Assembly: GCF_009914755.1 (NCBI RefSeq) | Contig: NC_060936.1 | DNA: 64,000 nucleotides | Reading direction: 5' to 3' (one strand) | DNA from: the human T2T-CHM13v2.0 reference genome, Homo sapiens | In this document: positions 62,421 to 64,000 of the stretch, piece after piece | How the letters are laid out: each line of letters begins with the position of its first letter | Position numbering within the stretch: the stretch's first letter is position 1 | Translations under genes and position numbers: made by a program | Notes under the pieces: model-generated | Told to the model about the DNA's origin: nothing | The model's database searches: none | What the model saw: the letters and a program-made list of their open reading frames with translations, nothing else

Positions 62421-64000
62421 AAAATAAACACTTTCACTTTTTTTGGAGGAATATGTGAGAAAACACAGACTTCTCCATATAACTTTCACAATGTATAGTA
62501 TATAATCTCAAATGCCTTACATGAAAAACCAGAAAAATATGACCAATTCTAAAGGAAAAGGACAATCAATGCAGCTCAATATAAGGATGATGTGGAAGTT
62601 AGAAGTATCAGGCAAATATTTTAAAGCAGCTGTTGTAACTGTGCTTAATGACATAATAGAAAATATGCTTTCAAACGATGAAAAAATAGGATACCTCAGC
62701 AAAGAAGGACAGTAGGAAAAAAGCCAAATGAAATTTAGAATTGAGAAATATAGTAAAACATTTTATATAAAAACCATCTCTGGACATACTTAAAGGCAAG
62801 ATTTAACAGGAAAACAAGTTAGCGAACTTGAAATTGTCCAATATGAAGAAAAATGTTGGATAATTTTCAGATCCTCAAGGACTTGTGGAATAATATTGAA
62901 ACATATGACATATTTAGAATTGAAGTCCCAAAACTTAAGAGAAGAGAAAGATTAGGGCAAAACAAGTTGAAGATACAATAATTGAAATTTTTTCCAAATT
63001 GCTTAAATCCATAAATTTACACTTTCAAGAAGCTCAGCAAAGCCTAAGCAGGTAAATATTAAGAAATTCATATGTATGAATAAGTTAGTCAAACTTAAAA
63101 GCCAAAGATAAAAATCTTGAAAACAGTTTTTGTGCATTACCTGCAAGAAAACAATTATACAAAAATCCCTCATCCTCATTATAAACTATGGGGGCTAGAA
63201 TACAGTAAAAGATATCTTTAAATTGTCAAAGGAAAAAGTAACTGTCAACAAAGTATTCTATATCCAGTGAAAAATCTTCCAAAAATTGTGGCAAATTTAA
63301 GGCATTTTCAGAAAATGAAAAGAACCCCTTGACAACAGATAATCACTATAGCTAATGTTAAAGGAAGTTTTTCAGGCTGATGCGCAATGTTTCTAAATGA
63401 GAACTTGAATATTATTCAAGGGAGAACATAAAAAATGGCAAACATCTGGATAAGCATAAAAGTATAAGGTAATCAACATATCTTCAAAAAACATTTGGTC
63501 TTGCTTACAAATTAAGTTCATACTGTTGCCTAGCTTATAAAGTTCTTTCTCAGACTGATATAATGCACCTAAATCAAACCCTTTCTGAGTAAGTGTATAA
63601 TTATTGCGAAAGATAGAGCAACTATGTAGCTGAAAAATTTTAGGACACATTTAATGAAAACTATAAAAACTACAGTTTCACTTCTCTGATAGACTAGATA
63701 CCTGGAAGCAGTGTTTCACACCCATTTTGATATCATAGAATATAAAAAAATAGATTTCTAAAGTAGAACAAGATAGATAAATAATAGTTTATTTATAGTC
63801 TGTCAAATAGCAACTTGGATTTGTATAGCTCAGGAACTTCAATGCATAAAACGTGTCAGGGCATGCAAAGAAACAACTTTAGGAGAAACAACACTGTTGT
63901 TTCTTTGAAGATGTTTTCACTACAAGACCATTATAACCTGAGATAATTAGGTTAAACATATTGCTTTCTTTGTAAGAAATGAGGAAATCACTAAAGGAAG

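Overview
Primate (almost certainly human) genomic DNA from the natural killer gene complex. The + strand carries the complete five-exon CLEC2D (LLT1/OCIL) gene. I rebuilt it from splice sites (ATG 7977, stop 33084, 576 nt, 191 aa), together with an 82-nt cassette exon and an alternative exon-3 donor. Directly behind the stop codon, an NPM1 processed pseudogene sits in sense orientation inside a THE1 LTR. At the right end, on the - strand, lies the last coding exon of CLECL1 (DCAL-1), which encodes only the first third of a C-type lectin domain. The rest is mostly transposon-derived: Alus, L1s, MaLR LTRs, MER1A, MER9, a tRNA-Pro-primed LTR1-type provirus and a 5'-deleted HERV-E/Harlequin env plus LTR2. 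Nearly all ORFs in the supplied track are repeat-derived noise. The less ordinary observations are: (1) two near-perfect local templated duplications, a 189-bp direct copy inside LTR2 and a 107-bp inverted copy; (2) G-to-A hypermutation of the HERV-E env; (3) an internally deleted, possibly spliced L1 with an ORF0-like frame pointing at CLEC2D exon 3; (4) a 3' UTR whose candidate poly(A) signals come mostly from retroelements; (5) a triplicated kappaB/NFAT-like motif upstream of CLEC2D; (6) an unexplained decayed coding-like exon downstream of CLECL1. Gene identities and repeat subfamily names come from my recall of known sequences, not from database searches, and repeat boundaries without TSDs are approximate.
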